The notes under the pieces are model-generated. The model was not told where the DNA came from and ran no database searches. It saw only the letters and a program-made list of their open reading frames with translations. Of a stretch of 64,000 nt of DNA, positions 29,203 to 39,601 are shown piece after piece. A program made the position numbers and the translations under genes. Source of the stretch: an uncultured Planctomycetota bacterium (GTDB taxonomy: Bacteria > Planctomycetota > Planctomycetia > Isosphaerales > Isosphaeraceae); the NCBI GenBank assembly GCA_963823665.1, contig CAWGMQ010000003.1, forward strand, positions 1,696,001 through 1,760,000. Reading direction: 5' to 3'. The stretch's first letter is position 1, and the number at the start of each line of letters is the position of its first letter.

Positions 29203-29251
29203 TTGACGCCGGTTGGTTGCCCCGTGTTATGATCACTTTGCATTGCAAAGT
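29203..29251 (+). promoter_or_regulatory. Candidate sigma70 promoter with palindromic operator
   Basis: TTGACG (29203-08), extended -10 TG-T-TATGAT (29225-33), perfect inverted repeat ACTTTGCA-T-TGCAAAGT (29235-51). The 19-nt spacer is long. Confidence 0.55.
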
Positions 29252-29278
29252 TGCCGATCGTCAGGCCGCAGGTTCCTC

Positions 29279-30043
29279 ATGCACGCCTTCAAACGAAAGC
29301 AAGCTCTCGGAGCGGAAGTCACAGAGCGTCGGTTCGTCGTCGTCGTCCACGATGTGTGCCCGATTCACTCGGATGAAGTCCAGGAACTTTTTGCAGCTCT
29401 CGAGCCCCTGGTAGGACGTAGCATCTCGGCGGCGGTCGTACCCAACTGGCACGGAGCGCTTTTTGACACAGAGCTTGGTTTCGCCAAGTGGGTGATGCGC
29501 CAATTTGGCGAAATCCTCCTTCATGGCTGGACACACGAGCGAGAAGCAGGTCGCGGGTTCGTTTCGTACTGCACGAGCGCTTCGGACGAGTTCACGGCGC
29601 TCAGCCACGACGAAACGAGCTCACGAGTTAGGCTCGGGCAAAATCAACTGAAAAACCTTTTCGGACACCGAAGTGCGGGATTCGTTCCGCCGGCGTGGCA
29701 ACGAGGTCTCGTCGACCGGAAAACGCTCTGCGAGCACGGGCTGGAATTTCTATTTGGATATATGGCAATTGATTTCGTAGACGGCAGGCGGATTCCCCTC
29801 TCGACCATCACCTGGGATGTCGGCCGATTCGGGCGATTGGGCTACGTTGCGGAGAGCATCGGGTGTGTTCTTGGCCGGGTTCGCGATCGCAGCCTGCGCT
29901 GCCTGGCTGCTCATCCCGTCGACGCTTCGCGAGGATACCTGCCGAGAATCGTCCGCACGGTGGATTCTTGGCTGCAATCCGGCCGCACACCGATTCTGCC
30001 GAGCGAGCTCCTGGCTCTGACCGACGAGGGTTCTTCATCGTGA
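29279..30043 (+). CDS. DUF2334 / NodB-like polysaccharide deacetylase
   Basis: VVVHDVCP, AVVPNWHG, LLHGWTH, GFVPPAW, LAAHPVD. Confidence 0.85.
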   Translation: MHAFKRKQALGAEVTERRFVVVVHDVCPIHSDEVQELFAALEPLVGRSISAAVVPNWHGALFDTELGFAKWVMRQFGEILLHGWTHEREAGRGFVSYCTSASDEFTALSHDETSSRVRLGQNQLKNLFGHRSAGFVPPAWQRGLVDRKTLCEHGLEFLFGYMAIDFVDGRRIPLSTITWDVGRFGRLGYVAESIGCVLGRVRDRSLRCLAAHPVDASRGYLPRIVRTVDSWLQSGRTPILPSELLALTDEGSSS

Positions 30044-30657
30044 AATGGATCATGGACGGGCTATTGCGGCGCCGAGCAGCACGGCTGGTCCGCTTCATCT
30101 TGCCCGACCTGCCCACGGTTGGTCCCGTTCTCGACATTGGCTCGGGCACGGGCCACAACGCAGATTGCCTGGCCGGCCTTTCGGCGGTCGAGGTCATTGA
30201 AGCAGACGTCGTCGATATCCACCTGGTTGGCCGCGGGCCAGTGCTGTTCGATGGAAAGGTGCTGCCGTTTCCTGACTCTCAGTTCTCTACGTCGATTCTG
30301 CTGTTTGTCTTGCAGTACGCCGCTGAGCCCGACCTGCTGCTCAAGGAGACGCGCCGCGTGACATCCGGCCGGGTCATGGTCCTGCAATCGATCTATTCGG
30401 GACGAGTCGGGCACTCGGTCCTCAGAGCCTGGGATTTCGTCACCGGTCGGTTTGCGTTCGTCGTCGCCCGCACCTTTGGATTTATCTCCGCCAGAACGTG
30501 TGCTCTGCGTCCAGAACGATTCTTCACCCGTGAGAGCCTGGAGCAACTCCTGGGCAATTCTGGATTTCGCATGCTCGCAGTTCGCCGATTCGACGCACTC
30601 AGCCTTCACGTGAGTCGCGAATTGTACGTGTTGGAGCCGCCAGCGCCATGTCCTTGA
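30040..30657 (+). CDS. Class I SAM-dependent methyltransferase
   Basis: VLDIGSGTG, FDGKVLPFPDSQF, LLKETRRV; GTGA start/stop overlap with the upstream gene. Confidence 0.88.
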   Translation: MKWIMDGLLRRRAARLVRFILPDLPTVGPVLDIGSGTGHNADCLAGLSAVEVIEADVVDIHLVGRGPVLFDGKVLPFPDSQFSTSILLFVLQYAAEPDLLLKETRRVTSGRVMVLQSIYSGRVGHSVLRAWDFVTGRFAFVVARTFGFISARTCALRPERFFTRESLEQLLGNSGFRMLAVRRFDALSLHVSRELYVLEPPAPCP

Positions 30658-31433
30658 CCGTCTCCGTCATCATCCCCTCACTGAACGAAGAAGCGCTCAT
30701 CCTCGAGACGCTGGAAAGCGTGCAGCGAGCACTGGGCGTCCTGCCAAGCGAGGTCACGGCCGAGATTATCGTAGTCGACAACGGCAGCACCGATAACACC
30801 CGCCAATTAGTCGAACGAGCCAGCGGCCTCGTTAGGTTGTTACACTGCCCGTCGAAAGGTGCCGCCCATGCAAGAAACCTCGGCGCGCGATTCTCAAGCG
30901 GCGACATTCTGGTTTTTCTGGATGCAGACACGACGATCCCGGTCCGCTCGATCGATCATCTTGTTGAACAATGCTCTCGCAACGGCATCAGCGCGGGAAT
31001 GACAAAGCTCGGTCCTCGGGACGGTGGATTTCGCGCGTGTTGCTGGTGGTCTTTCTGGAATTCCGTCCGGCGGCTTCCGCTGCCGCGCGCCAAGGCGATG
31101 CCGGCATTCATGTTTTGCACGAGGACGACCTTCGACGACCTGGGACCGTTCAACGAAGATGTGGCGATTGGTGAGGAATGGCCGATTCTCGCCAGGCTCT
31201 ATCGATCGCGGCGAAACGAGTTCATCTATCTGCGTTCCATCACGGCTCGCACGTCCAGCCGTCGGATGGAGCTGATCCCATTTGGTTACACCCGGCTGTT
31301 CCTGAAGTATGTCTGGGCCATCCTGCACTATCGGGGCCGAATTCATTACGCCGACACGATCCGGCATCGCGCTGCGGCCCTGCACCGTGCAAAGCTCATT
31401 TCATCGCTTCCGAAAAAAAATCACCAATTTTGA
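30648..31433 (+). CDS. GT2 glycosyltransferase
   Basis: SVIIPSLNEE, VVDNGSTDNT, ARNLGA, FLDAD, TSSRR. Confidence 0.92.
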   Translation: MSLTVSVIIPSLNEEALILETLESVQRALGVLPSEVTAEIIVVDNGSTDNTRQLVERASGLVRLLHCPSKGAAHARNLGARFSSGDILVFLDADTTIPVRSIDHLVEQCSRNGISAGMTKLGPRDGGFRACCWWSFWNSVRRLPLPRAKAMPAFMFCTRTTFDDLGPFNEDVAIGEEWPILARLYRSRRNEFIYLRSITARTSSRRMELIPFGYTRLFLKYVWAILHYRGRIHYADTIRHRAAALHRAKLISSLPKKNHQF

Positions 31434-31585
31434 CCCTCGGCCAGCGCCTTTTTCAGATGACTTCCGGGTGGGAGGGCGAAGTGCGGGCGCATCGGCCAAG
31501 ATTTGCTGCCTCGAGCGCACTTACGTGCACTTCGCCAACTGTCTGCGCGACGTCGCAACGAGGTTCACCAACCAGGAGAGCAACG

Positions 31586-33386
31586 ATGAACGCGATCTTT
31601 GAGTCACTTACACTTGTTGCGAAGGCGAACGAGCGACCGCAGACTGCTCCCCGAAGGCGACGGTTCCTCGCTATCGAGCACATGGAGGAGCGCACGCTCC
31701 TCTCGGCATCACCAATCCGGATCGGCAGCCTGGGCGACAGCCTTACGGATGAATATGCGTTCTATGCCCCGTACAGACCGGCGGCGCAAAACTGGGTGCA
31801 GATTCTTTCGGCCCTCCGAGGACCGCAAGCAACTAACCAGCTCACGTTCGGCGCCTATACCACGACCCTCGCCAGGGGCGAGAACCCGCAACAATGGCTA
31901 CGCGCAGGACTGGGCGCGCAGCGGCGCCACTGCGGTCGGGAACGATGTCGTCGGAGCGATGACGACCCTGGTCAATCAGTACGATGGCGGGTACAACAAC
32001 GAGCCCGTTTCAGAGTCCCCGGGGCTGCTGAACCAGACGATGTCGAACGGCCTGCCGAGCGGCCTTACGAACATCAACGTCGCTACCCTTCTCATCGGCG
32101 GCAATGACTACGAAGCCGACATCGAAAGCGTCCTGTCCACGGTCGCAGCCGCCACATCGATCCCACCCAGCGACACGAACATCGGAGAATTCCTCGGCAA
32201 ATCACTCTACAATGCCTTCACCGGCTTGTCCCAGGGCTCGATCCCGTTTGATATCGCGACGGGAGTGAGTAACGCTCTCACGGCGATCACCGCCCAGAAA
32301 TCGCAGTTCCCCATCGTCGTGGTGAGTCCTCCCAACTTGGCCTACACACCCCTCGTGCAGAGTGCGAATTCCATTGTGAACGGTTTCAACCTTCCCCTCA
32401 TCCCGCAGAACACACTGTTAGGACTCTTCAACGCGGCCGCATCTTTAACTGACAGTCTTCTCACAAATATCGTCGGGAATTTCGCCAAGGCCGATCCCAA
32501 CATCCGATTCCTGAACCTCGACTCACAGGTGCTAGACCCGATCCTCGGCAGCCCAACGAACATCCAGAATCTGGTGATCGGTGGCAAGAACGGAACGATC
32601 ATCAATTCGACGGCCGCCGGCCCCGTCTACACCGACTTCTTCGTTGGTGACAGTTTCCATCCGGGCACAGTCGCCCAGGCGCTGCTTGCCAACGCGATCG
32701 TGGGCCAGATCAACACGATCCAGGTCCCGGTCATCCAGAACAACAAGATCACACCTCTGAGCGACGCGGAGATCCTGGCCTACGCACAAGCGGTTCAGCC
32801 GGTCACAAAGGTCACGCTGACAGGACCCACCGCCTCGGTGCCTCTGGGTTCTCCGGCCACGTTCATGGTCCAGATCCCCAGTTTCGCCAACGTCCCTGAT
32901 CCGGATCAAAACGCGAAGAATTTCGACCAGTATCCGCCGACGGGCTCGGTCACATTCATCGATGTCGCCCAGGGTAACAAGGTGCTTGGCGTCGCCAGCT
33001 TGATACCCCAGGGAAGCGGCGGGACCTTCACCGGCAGCATTGCCACGTTCACCACCAGCACGCTGAATGTGGGGCTTCACCAGGTGGTGGCGATCTACAA
33101 CGGCGATACGGTGTACCCGAGCGCCTCGACCGCCACCGCGACGGTGTACGTCGGCAAGCCCATGCAGGCGCAAGTCTTCTCGGCCGTCACGAACCTCCAG
33201 ACGCAGCTTGGCGTGCAGATCGCCGAGGCTCGAGTGAACCTTTGGAACACTGAACTGAGTCGAGGCGCGCGGCCTCGCCGAGTTGCCCGGGCCGCCGTGA
33301 TGTATCTCTACACCCACACCAAGCTGCCCCGCCAGCAAGCGGTCCGGCTGGTCGACAAGGCACTGCATTCAATCAATTCCGTTTGA
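31586..33386 (+). CDS. Extracellular SGNH/GDSL hydrolase with Ig-like (Big_3) domain and planctomycete LExRxLLS-type N-terminus (frameshift near 31882)
   Basis: AGGAG RBS; IEHMEERTLLS; SGNH blocks GDSLTD, SGAT, IGGND, DSFHP; Ig motif PTGSVTF...GLHQVVAIYNGD. Confidence 0.85.
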
Positions 33387-33480
33387 GCTGCTCGTCAAGG
33401 GGGGGCGAAGCAGACTGGACGCGGGCTGGCTGTCCGCGATTGACCTGGAATTCCGATTCACGAGCGAGGAACCCGCGCTG

Positions 33481-34335
33481 ATGGAAGCATTCGCGCAATT
33501 GCGCTATGGCTTTGTTTCTTGTCTGGGACGCTTGCTCTCGGACGTCGAGCTCAACTCCGTATCCCCAATTCGCATCGACCAACAGACGCACTTCGCAAAA
33601 CGGCGTCTCCGCTTCGTCGCTCCGCTGATCGCCGCCGGGAATCTCTACCTCAAGCGAGAGGGTGCCCACGCGCGGGTTCTGTCAGATCGCGAGTGGCGAA
33701 ACTGGGAAACCAAGGTCTATCGTGCGATCTACGATATTGAGCTGGTGACCGACGAACGCGGACGGCTTTGCGTTCCCGCGCGTTCCGGCGTCAACTTGGC
33801 AGCTTATCTCCAGTCAGAGTCAGCCACCCAACCAGAAAAACTCAGCGCGATCGGCTTGGCGGTCCGGTCGCTCTACCGGCTTCACGCCGTCATCATGCAG
33901 TGGCCGGATGGGCAGAACCGCCCGCTGAGCCACGGCGACGCAACCGTGGAAAACGTGATCATCGACGACGCTTGCGTGAACGCGTCCTGGCTCGATTTTG
34001 ACACCATACATGAGAGCCGGATGGACGCCGCCTGGCGGCATGCGGATGATCTTCGAGCGCTCACCTATTCCGCTGCAGCAAGACTTCCTGCCTCTTCGTT
34101 CCCGGAACTGACCCGGACGATCGTCGCGAATTACGGTTCTACCGTACCGCTTGACGCTCTCGAGGAGATCGTGGCTTATAGGCGGAACCGTCCGATCAGT
34201 TTCCACCTGGCGCAAGCGCGAGTCGCCTTCCGAAAGCGTCGGCTGCTCGATGACGCTTTGCAGCGCTCGCTCTCACAACAAAGTCGAATTACTCAAATGG
34301 CGGCGGATCGCCCGGCTTCGAGCGCCGTGCGGTAG
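33481..34335 (+). CDS. Protein-kinase-like (APH/RIO/Kdo-type) phosphotransferase
   Basis: Catalytic-loop-like HGDATVENVII, metal-binding-like WLDFD, and DDLRAL. Confidence 0.7.
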   Translation: MEAFAQLRYGFVSCLGRLLSDVELNSVSPIRIDQQTHFAKRRLRFVAPLIAAGNLYLKREGAHARVLSDREWRNWETKVYRAIYDIELVTDERGRLCVPARSGVNLAAYLQSESATQPEKLSAIGLAVRSLYRLHAVIMQWPDGQNRPLSHGDATVENVIIDDACVNASWLDFDTIHESRMDAAWRHADDLRALTYSAAARLPASSFPELTRTIVANYGSTVPLDALEEIVAYRRNRPISFHLAQARVAFRKRRLLDDALQRSLSQQSRITQMAADRPASSAVR

Positions 34336-34732
34336 GACAAAAGGCTGTTTTCCAGAATCACCCTCGCGACTCCCTCATCGATGGCAGCTACGTGGAGCGT
34401 CACCATTCCCAGGCCGCCTTTTCCATAGAGCGATATCTTGTTCGGATCGACATCATTTCGCGCACGCATCCAGTTCAAGATTCGTAACGAGTCGTCGACC
34501 CGCATCCCGACAATCGTCTTGCCGACCACGATCGCTCGCAGCAATTCCGGCATGTACTGCCCCAATGCGAGTTGCTCGGGACCGCTCTGGGGCTCTCCCA
34601 GCACGTCGCGGGGATGAGCGCTGGGTTGGCTCCAAAGCCTCCACGACCCGGGTTCTGCGCGACGGCCAGCGCGCCCATCGCAACGAACAGAATTGCGAAT
34701 GAAGTGGACACTCTCTGGAAAAAGGTGTGCAT
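34293..34732 (-). pseudogene. Remnant of a secreted alpha/beta-hydrolase (acetylxylan-esterase-like) with a large internal deletion
   Basis: Signal peptide (MHTFFQ...GALAVAQ) abuts, out of frame, GKTIVGMRVDD..LRILNWMRARNDVDPNKISLYGKGGLG; 3' end runs into the convergent kinase-like gene. Confidence 0.55.
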
Positions 34733-34903
34733 TGTTTATGTGTCCCTTGCTGAGCGAAATCGACTGCTCTCTTGTATCAGGCGCCGCTCGGAGCCGAAAG
34801 GGACGGCAGGCTCCTTGTGACCAACCAGCGATTGTGGACGCGACCGTCTCCCGCAAGAAAACGTGATCCTCGATCCGTTCTCCTCTCTGCTCCGTTCTTG
34901 ATT

Positions 34904-34960
34904 TAACGGCAGTTTAACGGCACAATAACGGAAGTTGCCATTGCCGACAAACTGCCGATA
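34904..34960. promoter_or_regulatory. Array of 11-bp-periodic repeats upstream of fic (candidate operator)
   Basis: TAACGGCAGTT, TAACGGCACAA and TAACGGAAGTT at 34904, 34915 and 34926; inverted copy AACTGCCGATA at 34950-60. Confidence 0.6.
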
Positions 34961-36051
34961 TGCCATTCAAACCCGCGTTCACAATCACTGCGAACATCGC
35001 TCGAAGCCTGATGCGAATCGAGGCGGCGCGCCAGGCGGTTGAGGACTTGCCAATCACGCCCTCGGTCCTGGCGACTTTGCGGGCGACCTCACGCCTGTCG
35101 TCGACCCATTATTCGACGATGATCGAAGGTAATCAGCTCACTCCCGAGCAGGTGGGCAAAGTAATCGGCGAGCACCAGCGCTTCCCCGGCCGCGAGCGCG
35201 ACGAGAAGGAAGTGCTCGGCTACTTTACGGCCTTGGCGAAAGCCGAATCGATCGCCGACTCCCGCAGTGCGGTGACGGAATCGCAGATCGGGCTCCTCCA
35301 CGGCCTGGTGATGGCTGGTGGGCGCAAGACCGCCAAACCAACGCCCTATCGCGACGGCCAGAACGTCATCCGCGATAGCCGGAGCCGCGGCATTGTTTAT
35401 ATGCCGCCGGAGGCCAGGGATGTGCCGAAACTCATGCAGGAGCTGGCGGCATGGATCAAAGCACCGAACCAGGAGGGCCTGCCATGCCCGCTTCGCGCCG
35501 GGATCGCCCACTATCAGTTCGCCACGATCCATCCCTATTACGACGGCAACGGCAGAACGGCACGGCTGCTGACAACCCTGATCCTGCACCTGGGCGGTTA
35601 CGACCTGAAAGGGCTTTATTCACTGGAAGAATACTATGCCCGCGACCTTGGCGCTTATTACGCAGCCCTCGCCATCGGCCCGTCGCACAACTACTACCAA
35701 GGGCGGGCGGAAGCGGATATCACGAAATGGCTGGAGTACTTCTGCGACGGCATGGCGGAGAGTTTCGAGAATGTACAGAAGTGCGCGAGAGAAGCTGCCG
35801 GAAGCGGGGCCCAAGACCGATCGGCGGCGCTGCGTCGGCTCGACCCGCGCCAGCGCGCGGCACTCGAGCTGCTTAGCAAGCGCGACATGATCACAAGTCG
35901 CGATATCGAAGCGCTTTTTGGAATCTCGCAACGCGCTGCCCGCAATCTCCTGACCAGATGGGTGGGCGATGGTTTCCTGCTTGTCGCCGATCCGGCCAAA
36001 AAGAGCCGAAAATATCGGCTGGCTAAGGAATTCCAGGAGATCATGTCCTGA
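34960..36051 (+). CDS. fic: Fic-family protein (class II) with C-terminal winged HTH
   Basis: HPYYDGNGRTAR Fic motif; N-terminal inhibitory STMIEGN; C-terminal ITSRDIEALFGISQRAARNLL HTH. Confidence 0.95.
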   Translation: MPFKPAFTITANIARSLMRIEAARQAVEDLPITPSVLATLRATSRLSSTHYSTMIEGNQLTPEQVGKVIGEHQRFPGRERDEKEVLGYFTALAKAESIADSRSAVTESQIGLLHGLVMAGGRKTAKPTPYRDGQNVIRDSRSRGIVYMPPEARDVPKLMQELAAWIKAPNQEGLPCPLRAGIAHYQFATIHPYYDGNGRTARLLTTLILHLGGYDLKGLYSLEEYYARDLGAYYAALAIGPSHNYYQGRAEADITKWLEYFCDGMAESFENVQKCAREAAGSGAQDRSAALRRLDPRQRAALELLSKRDMITSRDIEALFGISQRAARNLLTRWVGDGFLLVADPAKKSRKYRLAKEFQEIMS

Positions 36052-36092
36052 TCTCCGTGAGGACCCGACTGCGACTCCCGAGTCCAGCTCAT

Positions 36093-38016
36093 TCAAGGCA
36101 ACACCGAAAGCTCGATGTGACTCGCGTTCTCGCGATTGCGGTAGACACGCTGGGTCGCGGCAGTGAAGTCCGACGCCTTGGCCTCGAAGATGTTGGGGAC
36201 GAATTTCTGCGGATTGCGGTCGATCAAGGGAAACCAGGTGCTCTGGATCTGCACCATGATCTTGTGCCCCTTTTTGAAGCGGTGGTCGGTCCAGTGAAGA
36301 TCGATCGAATATGGTTCCACCTGCCCGGACGCGACCGGCTCGGGGCGTTCGAAGCTCTTGCGGAATCGAACGCGACAGACCTCGTTGGCAATCATGAGCT
36401 GGTAGCCGGCGAGCGAATTGTCCGGGCTATCGGGATAGACATCGATCAGCTTGACGATCCAGTCGCCGTCGGTCCCGCTTGTCGAGGCGAAGAGCCGCGC
36501 GACGACCGGGCCGGCGACGTCGACGTCTTGCGACAAAGCGGCTCGGACTCATAGCTGAGAACGTCGGGGCGGAGGTGGACGAATCGCTGATCCTGCACCA
36601 GCCACTCGCTCCACCGGCGATTCGAATAGACGGGCGAGATCGGCCGGGCGTAGTAGGGCACGGGCCGGGTCGGGTCGGAGACATATTCGTCGAAGCCTGG
36701 CACGTCGCCGGCCGTGGCCGGCGGTGCTTCGAACGCGAGGCGGCCTCCGGCATGCAGGTAAAGCCGTCGGGTCGAGCTTCCTCGAGGTGGCCAGCGGTCG
36801 TACGACTTCCACGCATTGGCCCCGGTCCGGAAGCTCAACACTTCTGGGAACTCGCCACGAACGGCGGTGCCAGCCTCTTCCTTGGCCGGACCACCGCCGA
36901 ACTCCTTCTCGAGTGCGACCGACCGGTCCTTGAGGTAGTGGGCGAAGAACGGGCGCTGGATCTTCTCACGATACTGCCGGGCCGTAGGCGCATCGAACTT
37001 GATCGGCCCGAGGTGGTCACCGGCCCCGTTGCTCCAACCGCCATGATTCCACGGTCCCGACGACCAGGGTGCTCAGGCGGCCGGTATCCTGCTTCTCCCA
37101 CGTCTCGTAGATCTTGAGCGGGCCGTAGAAGTCCTCCTGGTCCCACCAGCCGGCGACGTTGAGCGTCGGGACCTTGGGCCGGGTCAGGATCCGCGCGACG
37201 GCCTGCTTGCTGCCAGAATTGATCGTAATTCGGGTGGTGGACGAAGTCGTTCCAGGTCGGGAGCTTCTCGTGGAAGTAGCGCGCGTTGGCCGAGGAGAGC
37301 GGGCCCAGGGCCAGGAACCATTCGTAGGTGTCATGGCGGTCGAACTGGAAGAACTGAATGCCCCGGTCGCTCTCCATCTGTGCGACGTATTCGAACCCGT
37401 AGCTGAGCCGGAACGCGCCGTTGTGGTGGAAATCGTCGCCGAGGAACATGTCGGCCGGCGACGCCTGGGGCGAAGCCGCCTTGAGCGCCGGATGCGGCTC
37501 GAGCAGGGCCATGACGGTCAGCCAGCCGTCGTAGGAGACACCCAGCATGCCGACTCGCCCGTTGTGTCCCCGAACGTTCTTGATCAGCCAATCGATCGTG
37601 TCGTAGGCGTCGGTCCCTTCGTCGATGGCCTTCGGGTCGGCCCGGTCGCGCGGGGCGCGGATCATGGCGAACTCCCCCTCCGAGCGGAACTTCCCCCGGA
37701 TGTCCTGGAAGGCGAAGACATAACCGTCGTCGGCCAGCTCCTTGAGGCTCGTCTGGAACATCGCGGTCCGGCCGTCGATGCCGTACGGGGTCCGCATGAA
37801 CAGAATTGGCAGAGCATCAGGCGCACCCTTGGGCGAAAACACCAGCGTGTGGAGCTTGACCCCATCCCGCATCGCGACCATCGCCTCGACGGTCTCGAAT
37901 TCCGGTACTTCGACGGGCGCTGCATCGCCCCACTTGACCAAGAAAAGGACTGCGGCGAGCGCCCACGCGGCGGTCGCGGCTCGAGACCAGAACCGAGGCA
38001 TTCTCGTCATCATCAT
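36093..38016 (-). CDS. CocE/NonD-family hydrolase (alpha-amino acid ester hydrolase / glutaryl-7-ACA acylase-like); several frameshifts
   Basis: MRDGVKLHT, RTPYG, QDIRGKFRSEG, nucleophile GVSYDG, AGWWDQEDFYG, STSGTDGDWIVKLIDVYP, QSTWFPLIDRNPQ in successive frames. Confidence 0.92.
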
Positions 38017-38366
38017 CGCGAATCAGCTCCTTTAGCTGACGCCGCAAGCCGGAAAGCTCATTTCACGCTGAACCATCATACCCAACCGGCTCGTCATTTT
38101 TCGTGCTCTTGGGATGCGCTGCGTGCCAACCAAGTCGCATGGGCCGGGAATTAGACGGAGTGCCTGGCCTTCGGTCCGACTCGGGCCGAGGCGATTCTGC
38201 GGAATTCTGTATTCGGAGCGGCCGTCGCACGCACTAACGAAGGTAGACGAGTCCGAATGACGATTGAGCTGCGAGTGGGAGTCTGCCCGCGCGGAATGGG
38301 TCATCCCTCGTGTCTTCTCGTTCCGTCCGAACCTCATCAACGAGCTGCAACCCAGGAGTCAATGTC

Positions 38367-39512
38367 GTGACGATCTTCGATCGCCGGTCTTCCTCGCATC
38401 GCGATTCGGCCCACCGACCCCGCCGCACCAACTGCGCTCCCCGCAGGCGGTTCGCCCCAGCCCTGGACCCGCTGGAGGGCCGAGCCCTGCTCAGCAACTT
38501 GGTCGTCACCGACAACCATGACAGCGGGCCCGGCTCGCTCCGCCAGGCCATCCAGGACGCCCACTCCGGCGATACCATCGCGTTCGCGCCCAACCTCCGC
38601 GGCGAGACCATCACCCTGACCAGCGGCGAGCTCGATGTCAGCAAAAGCCTCGCTATCGACGGCCCGGGCGCCGACCAACTGTCCGTCAGCGGAGACGATT
38701 CCAGCCGCGTGTTCAAGATTAGCCAAGGCGCGAATGTCTCGATCTCCGGCCTGACGATCACCGACGGCGAGGCCGCTCAAGGGGGCGGGATCTTCAATTC
38801 CGGCACGCTGACGCTCGAGCATTGCGACGTCGCCGCCAACCGGGTGGTGGCCAGCACGTCCGGCGGCACTATGCAAGGTGGCGGAATCTACAGCGCCGCC
38901 GCCGCCCTCACCATCTTGAACAGCACGTTGAGCGACAACCAGGCCGACGGCGGATCCAGCGCCTCGGGTTCCGGCGGCAACGGCCAGGGCGGCGGCATTT
39001 ATTACGCTCCCTCCGGTTCTCAAGGCACCCTCGTCCTCGCGCCCCTTACTATCACGGACAGCACACTGGCCGGCAACCAGGCGATCGGCGGCGCCACCGG
39101 AAGCGACTTCAACTTCTCCGGAGTAGGCCAGGGCGGCGGCATCATGGTTCTCTCCGGCTCGACCGTGACGATCGCTGGCTGCACCATCAACGGCAACGAA
39201 GCAGTCAGCGGTGGCGGCGTCAACCCCTTCTTGGCGATCGGGGGCGCCATCTATAACGCTGGGCCGGTTTCCGCACCGGCCGGACCGCTCCCCGCCGCCG
39301 ACCTGGCGCTAACCGACGCCCTCATCATCGGGAACCTCGCGCAACGCGGCGACGCCGGTGAAGGCGATCCCGACGGCAGCTCCGGCCCGGGCACCGGCGG
39401 CGGCATCTACCTCGCCTCAGGTGGCACTGCCACTCTGAGAAAGACCGTCGTCGCCGGCAATCACGCCTCCACGAGCAATGACAACATCTACGGCTCTTAC
39501 ACCACGACCTGA
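38367..39512 (+). CDS. Planctomycete extracellular protein with LEGRALLS motif and right-handed beta-helix (PMP-like GGGI repeats)
   Basis: AGGAG RBS before GTG 38367; DSGPGSLRQAI; repeated GGGI(F/Y/M)...N.A motifs. Confidence 0.85.
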   Translation: MTIFDRRSSSHRDSAHRPRRTNCAPRRRFAPALDPLEGRALLSNLVVTDNHDSGPGSLRQAIQDAHSGDTIAFAPNLRGETITLTSGELDVSKSLAIDGPGADQLSVSGDDSSRVFKISQGANVSISGLTITDGEAAQGGGIFNSGTLTLEHCDVAANRVVASTSGGTMQGGGIYSAAAALTILNSTLSDNQADGGSSASGSGGNGQGGGIYYAPSGSQGTLVLAPLTITDSTLAGNQAIGGATGSDFNFSGVGQGGGIMVLSGSTVTIAGCTINGNEAVSGGGVNPFLAIGGAIYNAGPVSAPAGPLPAADLALTDALIIGNLAQRGDAGEGDPDGSSGPGTGGGIYLASGGTATLRKTVVAGNHASTSNDNIYGSYTTT

Positions 39513-39572
39513 CGGATCCACATCCGACCCGGCGGGGCACGTCCTCGCCGGGCCTCAGAGCACGCGATCAAC

Positions 39573-39591
39573 CTCAGAGCCTCCCTCTGAG
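39573..39591. terminator. Short hairpin between convergent genes
   Basis: CTCAGAG-cctcc-CTCTGAG; no U-tract. Confidence 0.3.
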
Positions 39592-39601
39592 CTCGATGGT
39601 G

